Below are positions 20,989 through 30,213 of a DNA stretch of 64,000 nt, piece by piece. Each line of letters starts with the position of its first letter. The stretch's first letter is position 1. The notes beneath the pieces were generated by a model that did no database searches, was not told the origin of the DNA, and saw only the letters and a list, made by a program, of their open reading frames with translations. Origin of the DNA: a bacterium (lineage in GTDB: Bacteria > Patescibacteriota > Minisyncoccia > Moranbacterales > UBA1568); the NCBI GenBank assembly GCA_021821305.1, contig JAKACP010000001.1, forward strand, positions 468,349 to 532,348. Direction: 5' to 3'. Made by a program: the position numbers and the translations under genes.

Positions 20989-23283
20989 ATGAATGGTAAA
21001 ACCCTACATAAGAAAACACGTGGCACGCATGCTGTCCGTAAAAGACAATGGGGAACCGAGCGAGAGACTCTGCCGCTGTCCAATCTCCATGACCAACCTT
21101 CAAGCTACGCCGTCGTATTCAGCAGGCTTTCAATCGTCCTGACGATACTGTTTTGGGCGATGTATGTCATTTCGGTTGTTATCCGCCAACTTATCGATGG
21201 CCCCCAAAACTATCACTTTACTGTGGAAGCCTTCGGCTACCTTATCGTCGTAACCTTCCTGACTTTCTCGGCGTTGGTGTACTTGATCGCTCGACAGGGA
21301 GCGTTTCAGCGTTTCAGTGCGCATGTGCGTGTTCCGCGGGCCGTACTCGAGAGATATTTTTCTACTAACCAGCCATCGATTACCGTTCTGGTTCCCTCCT
21401 ATAGCGAGGAGACCCAGGTCATACGGAAGACGATGTTGTCCGCGGCGCTGCAGGAGTATCCCGATATCCGCGTGGTCCTTTTGCTCGATGACGATCCCGC
21501 GAGGGTTCGCCCAGAGGACGTTCCTCGGCTTGAAGCGACACGTGCGCTGAGCGGTGAAATCAAGGCTCTTCTCTCCGAACCGCACAAACGCTTCGATGAA
21601 GCGTTGGCGCGGTTTGAAGATGCTGATCTCAAGGATGAAGCATTGATCAGGAACTCTATTCCGGAAATAGCGCAACATTATAAATGGGCGGCGAAATGGT
21701 TGGAAAAGCTTGCGGAAAAGGAGGTGGCCGAAGATCATGTGGACATATTTTTTGCCGATCAGGTGCTGCGTGAGCTTGCTAAAGACCTACGTCTCGTCGG
21801 GGAAGCGCTGATCGCCTCGCATAAGGAAGGCGCGCGATTCTCTGCGGATCGCCTATTGCAGCTCTATCACCGGCTTGTGTGGATATTCAATGCGGACTTG
21901 GAAGTCTTCGAGCGGAAAAGATATGTTTCGTTGTCGCATGAGCCGAACAAGGCGATGAATCTCAATTCGTACATCGGACTCATGGGAAGCGCATATCGGC
22001 AGGAGCAGACACCCGATGGAATCGTCCTGGTACCGATGGCGCGCCGTAGAGGCGCGGACATGATCGTCCGTGACAGCGAGTTCATACTTACGTTGGATGC
22101 GGACTCCATTCTGTTGCGGGACTATTGTTCGCGTCTGGTCTACTTCCTGCAGCAGCCCGATAACGCGGATGTCGCGGTCGCACAGACGCCGTACTCCTCG
22201 TTCCGTGGCGCTCCTACGCGTATCGAACGGTTGTCCGGCGCCACGACCGACATCCAACACATCATTCACCAGGGAATGAGCCATTATGGCGCGACTTTTT
22301 GGGTGGGGGCCAATGCGGTCATACGAAAACGCGCCCTCGAGGATATAGTCGAGAAAGAATGGGTAGGCGGATTCGAGATAAAGAGATACGTACAGGATCG
22401 CACGGTCATAGAAGACACCGAGTCGAGCATCGACTTGGCGCTTCATGGTTGGAGACTGGTAAATTATCCGGAGCGCCTCAGCTATAGCGCGACACCTCCC
22501 GATTTCGGGTCCTTGGTCATACAGCGTCGTCGGTGGGCGAACGGCGGCCTCTTGATACTTCCGAAATTGTGGACGCTGCTTCGCGAACGCAAAAATCAGG
22601 GCAAGCCCGTATCGAAGGTCGAGTTCATGATCAGGCTCAACTACATGGCCTCTATCGCCTGGTCGAATCTTGGACTCGTGTTTCTTCTCATGTACCCTTA
22701 CGATGGACGGTTATTGAGCTCACTGGTTCTTCTTGCCGCGACACCCTACTTTTTGGCCATGGCTGCCGATTTGAAATACTGCCGCTACAACTATAGCGAC
22801 ATCGTCCGCATCTATGGTTTCAATCTGATACTGCTTCCGGTCAATATCGCTGGAACGCTTAAATCGCTGGAGCAAGCGTTGACTACTAAAAAAACACCGT
22901 TTGCTCGAACCCCGAAGGTCAAGGACCGGACAGCGGTGGCGTTGCCGTATGTCCTTTCGCCTCTGCTTATCGTCGGTTTCTCGTTCTTTACGTTGTGGCG
23001 CAATGTCGAAGGGGAGAATTGGGGGAATGCGGCATTCGCCGGATTCAATACCTTCGCGGCCACATGGGCTATCGTCTCGTATATCGGAATCAAAAATCTG
23101 TTTGTTGATGTGTGGCTCGGGTTGACGGACATGCTCTATGTCGAGACTGCTCCCGGCAAAGTGTCTCAAAAACCCGTCGAAACCGAATCCGAGTTCAATT
23201 GGAAGAGCGTGCTGTATCATGGAGAAGCAGGTGGCGTCGCACCCCATGAATCCATGAGCCGCGCGATGTTACATGAAAAGTAG
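20989..23283 (+). CDS. Processive GT2 polysaccharide synthase (cellulose/chitin synthase-like)
   Basis: VPSYSEE, LLLDD, NKAMNLN, LDADS, QTP, IEDTE, QRRRWANG; multiple TMs; upstream TTGACA-N17-TATATT. Confidence 0.9.
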   Translation: MNGKTLHKKTRGTHAVRKRQWGTERETLPLSNLHDQPSSYAVVFSRLSIVLTILFWAMYVISVVIRQLIDGPQNYHFTVEAFGYLIVVTFLTFSALVYLIARQGAFQRFSAHVRVPRAVLERYFSTNQPSITVLVPSYSEETQVIRKTMLSAALQEYPDIRVVLLLDDDPARVRPEDVPRLEATRALSGEIKALLSEPHKRFDEALARFEDADLKDEALIRNSIPEIAQHYKWAAKWLEKLAEKEVAEDHVDIFFADQVLRELAKDLRLVGEALIASHKEGARFSADRLLQLYHRLVWIFNADLEVFERKRYVSLSHEPNKAMNLNSYIGLMGSAYRQEQTPDGIVLVPMARRRGADMIVRDSEFILTLDADSILLRDYCSRLVYFLQQPDNADVAVAQTPYSSFRGAPTRIERLSGATTDIQHIIHQGMSHYGATFWVGANAVIRKRALEDIVEKEWVGGFEIKRYVQDRTVIEDTESSIDLALHGWRLVNYPERLSYSATPPDFGSLVIQRRRWANGGLLILPKLWTLLRERKNQGKPVSKVEFMIRLNYMASIAWSNLGLVFLLMYPYDGRLLSSLVLLAATPYFLAMAADLKYCRYNYSDIVRIYGFNLILLPVNIAGTLKSLEQALTTKKTPFARTPKVKDRTAVALPYVLSPLLIVGFSFFTLWRNVEGENWGNAAFAGFNTFAATWAIVSYIGIKNLFVDVWLGLTDMLYVETAPGKVSQKPVETESEFNWKSVLYHGEAGGVAPHESMSRAMLHEK

Positions 23284-24889
23284 TTCAAATGCTATGAAAG
23301 AGTCCGGCGCGGAAAAAGTAAACATCGGCCCCAGAAGGCGACTGTCCCCATGGCGGGTCTTGAGCGCTATCCTGATAGTGGGCGGGCTTGTCTATGGAAC
23401 GACCCTTGGCTGGAGCGAACGGCGGGAAACCGAGTCCGCTGCCGTTCATAAGCCATGGTTTGCCGCCTATGTGGATGTGACATCCACTCCGGCGTATGCC
23501 TTTGAGCAATTGGGGTCGACTACGACACCCGCTGTCGTGCTTTCTTTTATCGTGTCTTCCGCATCCGATGCTTGCATGCCTACTTGGGGAACCCACTATA
23601 CGCTGGATGAAGCGGCAGCATCGCTTGATCTCGACCGCCGGATCGCCCGGCTCCAACAGCAGGAGGGCAGAATAGCGGTGTCTTTCGGGGGAGCGTTGAA
23701 TTCCGAGCTTGCCCTTGGATGCACGGATCCCGACAAGCTATTCGCCGCGTATGAATCCGTCATAGAACGCTATACTATCGATACCGTAGACTTGGACATC
23801 GAGAACCAGGCGCTGAAGGATATCGAGGCATCCAAACGCCGTGCAGACGTCATCGCACGGCTGCAGGAACATTATCGGAGCAAGGATAAAAATTTGGCGG
23901 TTTGGCTGACTTTGCCGGTGACTCCACAGGGCCTGACTCCGGAAGGTACGGATATTGTCGCTCAAATGCTCTCAAGCGGAGTGGATTTGGCCGGAGTCAA
24001 CTTGATGACCATGGACTACGGCGCAAGCCGTGCGGAGGGTCAGACGATGCTCGAGGCGTCCGAACGGGCCCTGATCGAGACACATCGCCAGCTCGGAGTG
24101 CTCTACAAACAGGCCAGGATCAATCTGAACGAAGGTTCGCTGTGGCGGAAGATCGGAGCGACGCCGATGGTCGGTCAGAACGATGTCGTGGAGGAGGTGT
24201 TCACGCTTGAAGACGCCAAGGCTTTCAATCTCTTCGCGCGCGACCGTGGCATCGGTCGGATGTCGATGTGGTCGGCCAATCGGGATATCCCTTGCGGAGA
24301 GAACTATGTAGACGTAAAAGTCGTTTCTGATTCGTGCAGTGGTGTAAAGGCTTCCAAGTTCAGTTTTGCTCAGGCATTGAGCGATGGGTTCGACGGGGAT
24401 CTCGCGCAGAGTGCCAATATTTTGACGACGGAAGACCCGGAAAGCAACACGTATGTGGTCGATGACCCGGAGAGAAGTCCGTATCAGATATGGCAAGGGA
24501 CGGGAGCGTACCCGAAAGGAGTGAAGGTCGTCTGGCATGGCAATGTCTACGAGGCGAAATGGTGGACGAAGAACGACCTGCCTGACAACCCTGTGTTGCA
24601 ATCATGGGAAACTCCTTGGCAATTGATCGGGCCTGTCTTGTCGGGCGAAAAACCCATTCAGCAGGCGACGCTTCCCAGTGGAACATATCCGAAATGGTCT
24701 GGAGAGGTCGTGTACGAGGGTGGCGACCGCGTGTTGTTCGAAGGCATGCCCTTTCAGGCAAAATGGTGGAATCAGGGCGAAAGCCCGGCCGCCTCTGCCG
24801 CTAATTCGGACAGTTCGCCTTGGATCCCGCTTACGCAGTCGCAAATCATGGACATACTCAAAGAGTTCGATGAAACTACAGAAGAATAG
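23273..24889 (+). CDS. GH18 chitinase-like hydrolase with two C-terminal ChtBD3/CBM5-12 modules
   Basis: SFGG, DTVDLDIE (DxxDxDxE), NLMTMDYG; YEAKWWT and FQAKWWN CBM motifs; N-terminal TM. Confidence 0.9.
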   Translation: MKSSSNAMKESGAEKVNIGPRRRLSPWRVLSAILIVGGLVYGTTLGWSERRETESAAVHKPWFAAYVDVTSTPAYAFEQLGSTTTPAVVLSFIVSSASDACMPTWGTHYTLDEAAASLDLDRRIARLQQQEGRIAVSFGGALNSELALGCTDPDKLFAAYESVIERYTIDTVDLDIENQALKDIEASKRRADVIARLQEHYRSKDKNLAVWLTLPVTPQGLTPEGTDIVAQMLSSGVDLAGVNLMTMDYGASRAEGQTMLEASERALIETHRQLGVLYKQARINLNEGSLWRKIGATPMVGQNDVVEEVFTLEDAKAFNLFARDRGIGRMSMWSANRDIPCGENYVDVKVVSDSCSGVKASKFSFAQALSDGFDGDLAQSANILTTEDPESNTYVVDDPERSPYQIWQGTGAYPKGVKVVWHGNVYEAKWWTKNDLPDNPVLQSWETPWQLIGPVLSGEKPIQQATLPSGTYPKWSGEVVYEGGDRVLFEGMPFQAKWWNQGESPAASAANSDSSPWIPLTQSQIMDILKEFDETTEE

Positions 24890-24953
24890 AACGTGCCAAA
24901 ATAAAGTGAAAGAAAAATCGCTCCGATACGATGTATCGGAGCGATAGCTGCTT

Positions 24954-25646
24954 CTAGTGGCGGTGGCCATGGTGATCGTGGTCATGATCAGCCTCCCTGT
25001 TTTTCCCTAGGACCGCGTCGGAGAGCGTCATGAAGACATATTTCCCGGTGCGGAGCCAGATGAAAAGCACGATCGCGAACGAGACGTAGACATCGGCGAG
25101 GGGGAATCCCGCCCAGGCGATCGCGATGCCGATGAGGGCCAAGACGCTGCCGCTTATGTCCGCCACGATGTGGAGTTTCTGCCATGCGTGGGTGATGTTG
25201 CGGTGCTCGTCGGGTGCCTCCTCGTGGATCAGGTACTGCCACGCGTTGACGCTGATCGCGGCTATGGCCATGACCGCGGCTCCGAGGATGTGGAGCTCGG
25301 TCGGTGCGTTGAGCCGTTCGAGGGCTTCCATGGCGATATACCACGCGATGATCGATATGAGGACGGCGCTCACCATCCCGCCGATCTTGCGTATCCGCCG
25401 CTCGTGGTCCGAGAACCGCGACTTGTGGGCGACGAAGGCCGAGAGGATGTTCTCGGTGCCGTCGAAGATCGTGTGGAAGGCGTCCGCGAGGAGCGCCATG
25501 CTGCCGGCGAGGATGCCTCCGGCGGCCTCGATGATAAACATGAGAAACGAGAGCTTGGCGAGCTTGATATATCGCGCGCTCTCCTCCTTGCAGACGCAGG
25601 TTCCGGTTTCTTGGTACCGGCACGCGGCGATGTGGCCATTTGACAT
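24954..25646 (-). CDS. Cation diffusion facilitator transporter (short, no cytoplasmic CTD)
   Basis: GSMALLADAFH..D, LHIVAD, His-rich C-terminal tail. Confidence 0.85.
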   Translation of the reverse strand: MSNGHIAACRYQETGTCVCKEESARYIKLAKLSFLMFIIEAAGGILAGSMALLADAFHTIFDGTENILSAFVAHKSRFSDHERRIRKIGGMVSAVLISIIAWYIAMEALERLNAPTELHILGAAVMAIAAISVNAWQYLIHEEAPDEHRNITHAWQKLHIVADISGSVLALIGIAIAWAGFPLADVYVSFAIVLFIWLRTGKYVFMTLSDAVLGKNREADHDHDHHGHRH

Positions 25647-25813
25647 GATACGCCTCCTTTGACGTCGGTTGTGAAAAAACTGGTTCAGGGAAGTATGTGG
25701 GGAAACGGGTCTTGGGTCAAGCTCGGGACGACAGACTCGGGATTCTTGCCTTCCTCGGGGTTTTTTGATACCGTAATACTGTTCTGGGCCCCGAGGGTCG
25801 GAAGGGGCCCGTA

Positions 25814-26103
25814 GCCCCTCACATGGATTCGATTATGTTTTATGTGTATGTGTTAAAAAGCAGGAAAGACGCTAGTTTGTACGTCGGTTATACGAATGAT
25901 TTGAAAAGGCGTTTTGAAGAGCATAACAACGGAAAAAGTTTTGCTACCAAGAACAAAGCACCTTTTGAGATCGTTTATTACGAAGCGTATCAGTCGAAAA
26001 GCGATGCGAAGTATCGTGAAACGAATCTCAAAAGGCATTCTGGGGCATATACGCACCTGAAGAAAAGGATTCAAAACAGCCTTATCGAATCCATGTGAGG
26101 GGC
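25814..26103. mobile_element. Putative minimal element: GIY-YIG gene within perfect 20-bp inverted repeats at the tRNA-Ala 5' end
   Basis: GCCCCTCACATGGATTCGAT (25814-25833) and ATCGAATCCATGTGAGGGGC (26084-26103); AT-rich interior. Confidence 0.6.
25835..26098 (+). CDS. Standalone GIY-YIG nuclease
   Basis: FYVYVL..LYVGYTNDLKRRFEEHNNG..YYE..A..RE..LK; alternative start 25823. Confidence 0.93.
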   Translation: MFYVYVLKSRKDASLYVGYTNDLKRRFEEHNNGKSFATKNKAPFEIVYYEAYQSKSDAKYRETNLKRHSGAYTHLKKRIQNSLIESM

Positions 26104-26170
26104 CTGTAGTTAAGTGGTACAACGCTGCATTCGCATTGCAGAGGCGGGAGTTCGATTCTCCCCAGGTCCA
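26100..26170 (+). tRNA. tRNA-Ala(CGC)
   Basis: Acceptor GGGCCTG/CAGGTCC with G3:U70; anticodon arm CTGCA-TTCGCAT-TGCAG; T-loop GTTCGATTC; discriminator A; CCA not fully encoded. Confidence 0.93.
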
Positions 26171-26246
26171 CCGAGAGAAACCAAACGGATTCCCCGGAAG
26201 GGGAAAGAGGTACTTTTACAACGTGTTTTCGAGGAAGGAGAACGTG

Positions 26247-27188
26247 ATGATCCGCTTTCTGATAGCAGTACTGCTTTTCCTGCCGTTCTCCCTCGGGAGG
26301 GCCGCGGAAGGGGATATTCGCCTCGTCTTCGGGGGAGATGTGACGCTGGCCGCGTGGTATCCGGAAGTCGTTCCGGACGCCCGCGATCATGAGTGGCCGT
26401 TCGCACGGCCACAGGAACTGTTCCGCTCCGCCGATGTCGTGATGGTAAATTGCGAGACGGCGATCACCCGTTCGGAGAAACGGGAGCCGAAACAGTTCAA
26501 CTTCAAGATGGATCCCGATCTCGTATCGGTGTTTCCGAAGAGCGGTATCTCGCTCGTGACACTCGCGAACAACCATGTCTACGACTACGGAGCAGAAGGA
26601 TTGCGCGATACCCTCGCGTATCTCGATCAGGCGGGCGTGGAGCATGTCGGCGCGGGGATGACCCTCGCCGAGGCTCGAAAGCCGGTCGTTCGCGATATCA
26701 AGGGGAAGAAGTTCACCTTTCTCGGCTACGGGAACTATTCCGCGGCGACGGAGAAGGGTCCCGGGACTGCCTATCGGCACCCCGAACATGTCGCGGAGGA
26801 TGTCCGTCTCGCGAAGAAGAATGGCGCCGATATCGTGATCGTCAATTTCCACTGGGGTCTCGAGCGGGCGACCGAGCCGACCGAACGCGATCGCGCGCTC
26901 GCCCGTCTCGCGATCGACAGCGGCGCCGACGTCATCGTCGGTCATCATCCGCACGTGCTCCAGCCGGTCGAGATCTACCGGGGCAAGGTGATCGCCTATT
27001 CGTTGGGCAATTTCGTCTTCGGTGGCAACCGACGTGCGGGCAAGAACAGCGCTTTGCTGGAAATCCTCGTCGTACCATCAGGTGGCATCGCTCACCGGCT
27101 CCTGCCGATACGGATCGATACGGCGGAGACGCGGTATCAGCCGTATCTTCTCGATCCGGCCACGACGCTCGCCGATCGCTCGAATTGA
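26247..27188 (+). CDS. CapA/PgsA family metallophosphoesterase, secreted
   Basis: GGDV, VNCET, LANNHVYDYG, HWGLE, GHHPHVLQ, YSLGNFVF; signal peptide. Confidence 0.93.
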   Translation: MIRFLIAVLLFLPFSLGRAAEGDIRLVFGGDVTLAAWYPEVVPDARDHEWPFARPQELFRSADVVMVNCETAITRSEKREPKQFNFKMDPDLVSVFPKSGISLVTLANNHVYDYGAEGLRDTLAYLDQAGVEHVGAGMTLAEARKPVVRDIKGKKFTFLGYGNYSAATEKGPGTAYRHPEHVAEDVRLAKKNGADIVIVNFHWGLERATEPTERDRALARLAIDSGADVIVGHHPHVLQPVEIYRGKVIAYSLGNFVFGGNRRAGKNSALLEILVVPSGGIAHRLLPIRIDTAETRYQPYLLDPATTLADRSN

Positions 27189-27192
27189 CAGC

Positions 27193-27226
27193 AGGGCCTT
27201 CTCCTATGAGAAGGCTCTTTTTTTTA
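27193..27226 (+). terminator. Intrinsic terminator
   Basis: agggccttctc-ctat-gagaaggctct followed by a T-run. Confidence 0.8.
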
Positions 27227-27282
27227 TTTTTATAAAAAAACCGACCCGATGGTTTTCGGGTCAGGATGCGTCCGAAAGGCGT

Positions 27283-28332
27283 TTATCCTTTCGCGGTTTG
27301 ACGCAGGGTATATCGCGACAGGCGTTGGGCGAAGCGTCGGAGTTTGGGGATACCGCTCTCTTCGGCTTGCTTGCACCATGTCTGCAGGTGATCGAGGAGC
27401 TGTTCCTTGGAATGCGTGGAACGTTGCCACAAGGCGACGAGACTTTGTCGCAATGCGTCGATTTCCTCGGTCTTCGCGTGCATTTTCTTGGAGAGCCGGT
27501 CGAAACGGGCCAGTATGTCCAATCGGAGCGCGAGGACCGCCTCGAGTGTCCCGAAGTCGCACGCCTGTTTGGGCGCGACGAGCTTCACTTTCGGAGCGAC
27601 GCGCTTGACGTGCGCCAGGCCCAGCATCTGCATGGAGCGTATGTACAGCCAGCCGATGTCGAACTCGTACCACTTGTTCGACAGGCGTGCCGACGTGCAG
27701 TATGCGTGGTGGTTGTTGTGCAGTTCCTCACCGCCGATGAGAATTCCCCAGGGAAGTATGTTGGTACTCGCGTCTTCACAGGGAAAATTCCGGTAGCCCC
27801 GGTAGTGGCCGAGACCGTTTATGATTCCGGCGGCGGTGACGGGGATCCAAAGCATCTGAACCGCCCACATGGTGAGCCCGATGGGACCGAACAAGACGAG
27901 ATCGATCACGAGCATGAGGCCGACTCCTCGCCAGCTGTAGCGCGAGTAGAGGTGTTTCTCGATCCAGTCATCGGGAGTGCCGTGGCCGTACGTGGTCAGG
28001 GTCTCGGAATTCTTCGATTCCTTCCGATACAGTTCGGACCCCTGCAAGAGCACCGTCCCTATGCCGAGGATCTGCGGACTGTGCGGATCCTCGGGGGTCT
28101 CGCACTTGGCATGGTGTTTGCGGTGGATGGCGACCCATTCCTTGGTCACCATGCCGGTCGTGAGCCACAGCCAGAAACGGAAGAAGTGGCTGACGATGGG
28201 GTGAAGATCGAGCGCGCGATGCGCCTGGTGACGGTGGAGGAATATCGTCACGGATGCGATGGTGATATGTGTCAGGGTCAGCGTGACCAGCACGTATCCC
28301 CACCAGGGAAGTGCGACGAGGCCGATATGCAT
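27283..28332 (-). CDS. Delta-9-type membrane fatty acid desaturase (DesA-like)
   Basis: His boxes HRHQAH, HRKHH, HNNHH; DPHSP; KWYEFDIGW. Confidence 0.93.
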   Translation of the reverse strand: MHIGLVALPWWGYVLVTLTLTHITIASVTIFLHRHQAHRALDLHPIVSHFFRFWLWLTTGMVTKEWVAIHRKHHAKCETPEDPHSPQILGIGTVLLQGSELYRKESKNSETLTTYGHGTPDDWIEKHLYSRYSWRGVGLMLVIDLVLFGPIGLTMWAVQMLWIPVTAAGIINGLGHYRGYRNFPCEDASTNILPWGILIGGEELHNNHHAYCTSARLSNKWYEFDIGWLYIRSMQMLGLAHVKRVAPKVKLVAPKQACDFGTLEAVLALRLDILARFDRLSKKMHAKTEEIDALRQSLVALWQRSTHSKEQLLDHLQTWCKQAEESGIPKLRRFAQRLSRYTLRQTAKG

Positions 28333-28378
28333 GGATGCTCTCCTTTTGTGTCAGAGGGTTGTCAAAGAAACTGCTAAG

Positions 28379-28537
28379 AGCCTGTTGAAAAAGTCCGTAT
28401 TCTGCTGCAATCCCGGAATTCCGGCTGCAAAATCCGTGCATCTCGTCGGGTTATATTCCATATAGCCCTCCTCCATCCCCGAATTTTTCGCTCGGGATTC
28501 CAGGATTTCGCGACGAAAGAGACTTTCTCAACAGGCT
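28379..28537. mobile_element. MITE-like non-coding element
   Basis: TIR AGCCTGTTGAAAAAGTC / GACTTTCTCAACAGGCT (1 mismatch), flanked by CTAAG and CTGAG. Confidence 0.7.
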
Positions 28538-28618
28538 CTGAGAGTATAGGATACTTTTTCGTATTTACAAAAAAACCGCTTCGACAATTGCTGTCGAAGC
28601 GGGGAGCGGATGTGCCGA

Positions 28619-30070
28619 TCAGAGCACTTCCGCGGCGTAGTCGGCGAGACGCGAACGTTCGCCTTTGAGGAGAGTGATGTGCCCATTGTGCGGCCATCCT
28701 TTGAAACGGTCGACCACGAAAGTCAGGCCCGAACTGCCTTCCGTCAGATAGGGCGTGTCGATCTGCGCGAGATTGCCGAGACAGACCACCTTGGTGCCGG
28801 GACCGGCTCGGGTGATGAGCGTCTTCATCTGTTTCGGCGTGAGGTTCTGCGCCTCATCGATGATGAGGAACTTATTGAGGAAGGTCCTCCCGCGCATGAA
28901 GTTGAGCGACTTCACCTTGATCCGTGAACGTATGAGATCGCGTTGTGACACTCGGTCCCAGTCTCCCTTGTCATGGTGCTGGTCGCTGAGGACATCGAGG
29001 TTGTCGTCGACGGCACCCATCCAGGGATTCATTTTTTCCTCTTCGGTTCCGGGAAGGAAGCCGATGTCTTCGCCCACGGGGACAGTGACTCGGGTGAAGA
29101 TGATCTCGGAATACCGCTCAGACCCTTTCGTCAGGGTCTGCTGCAGTGCTGCCGCGAGCGTGAGGAGCGTCTTGCCGGTGCCGGCCTGTCCGAGAAGGGT
29201 GATGAAGTCGATCTCGGGATCCATGAGGATGTTGAGGGCGAAATTCTGCTCTCGGTTCCTCGCGGTGATGCCCCAGACGTTGTTCTTGGCATGGCTGAAG
29301 TCGCGCACCGTGATCATTTCAGCCTGTCTCCCCCTGGTTTTCGTTACCTTGGCGTAGAGGGGCTTCAGTCCTTCCAGATAGACGAACTCGTTCAGCGACA
29401 AACTCGGTACCAGCGGGCCCTTGATGCGGTAGTGGGTGTGACCCTTGTCCTGCCAGGATTCCATACCTTTGCCATGAGTATTCCAGAAATCCGAGGGCAA
29501 TTCGTGCAAGCCCGTATACAGGAGATCGGTATCCTCCAATACCTTGTCGTTGAAATAGTCTTCGGCGGGCAATCCCAACGCACGGGCCTTGATGCGCATG
29601 TTGATATCTTTCGATACCAGGATGACCTGCCGTTTCGGATGGTGGCGGGCGAGGAAGAGGACGACGCCGAGAATCTGGTTGTCGACCTTGCTGGTCGGCA
29701 GACTCATGGGAATGTCGCCCGTGATCGCCTGGGTCTGCAAGAACAGCTTGCCGGTGGCGGAATCGTTGCTGTGTATGGCGAGCGGCGCGCCGTCCTCGAT
29801 GCTATCGAGTTGTCTGATGACCTCGTCGATGTAGCGGCTGGCCTGGCGCGCGTTGCGCGACACCTCGGTCGAGCCTTTCTTGTGTTGGTCCAGCTCTTCC
29901 AGCGTGGCGATCGGCACGTAGACATCGTGCTCCTCGAACCGGAAGAGGCTCGTCGGGTCGTGCATGAGCACGTTCGTGTCGAGCACGAACAGCTTGGTCG
30001 GGGCTTTTTCTTCCTTCGGAAGTGCCCCCTCCATATGTTCATGAACTTCCCTGCGTCTCAGTGCGGGCAT
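28619..30070 (-). CDS. PIN-PhoH (PhoH2) family protein
   Basis: FVLDTNVLMHDP and LEELD PIN motifs; GQAGTGKT, DIGFLPG, MRGRT, DEAQN. Confidence 0.95.
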   Translation of the reverse strand: MPALRRREVHEHMEGALPKEEKAPTKLFVLDTNVLMHDPTSLFRFEEHDVYVPIATLEELDQHKKGSTEVSRNARQASRYIDEVIRQLDSIEDGAPLAIHSNDSATGKLFLQTQAITGDIPMSLPTSKVDNQILGVVLFLARHHPKRQVILVSKDINMRIKARALGLPAEDYFNDKVLEDTDLLYTGLHELPSDFWNTHGKGMESWQDKGHTHYRIKGPLVPSLSLNEFVYLEGLKPLYAKVTKTRGRQAEMITVRDFSHAKNNVWGITARNREQNFALNILMDPEIDFITLLGQAGTGKTLLTLAAALQQTLTKGSERYSEIIFTRVTVPVGEDIGFLPGTEEEKMNPWMGAVDDNLDVLSDQHHDKGDWDRVSQRDLIRSRIKVKSLNFMRGRTFLNKFLIIDEAQNLTPKQMKTLITRAGPGTKVVCLGNLAQIDTPYLTEGSSGLTFVVDRFKGWPHNGHITLLKGERSRLADYAAEVL

Positions 30071-30213
30071 GGTAGCGCTCCTTTCGTGGTTGGTTGTCAA
30101 AGTGCAACAAGGAATCGTCCCATGATGCGGTATTTTTTGCAAGTTTCCCTGTTCCTTGCCAAAAAGACGCCAAAAACCTATACTGAAACGAAGAAAATAT
30201 ATCGGAAGTGTCC

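Noticed and set aside
25804-26172. tmRNA or intron-containing tRNA interpretation (GGGGCC...GGATTCGA 5' end, Ala-type 3' end)
   Set aside because: A complete cloverleaf exists at 26100-26170, the interior is a GIY-YIG ORF rather than a tag and pseudoknots, and the upstream 5' copy would give a C6-A67 mismatch.
27022-28377. 451-aa plus-strand ORF
   Set aside because: Antisense to the desaturase and crosses a terminator.
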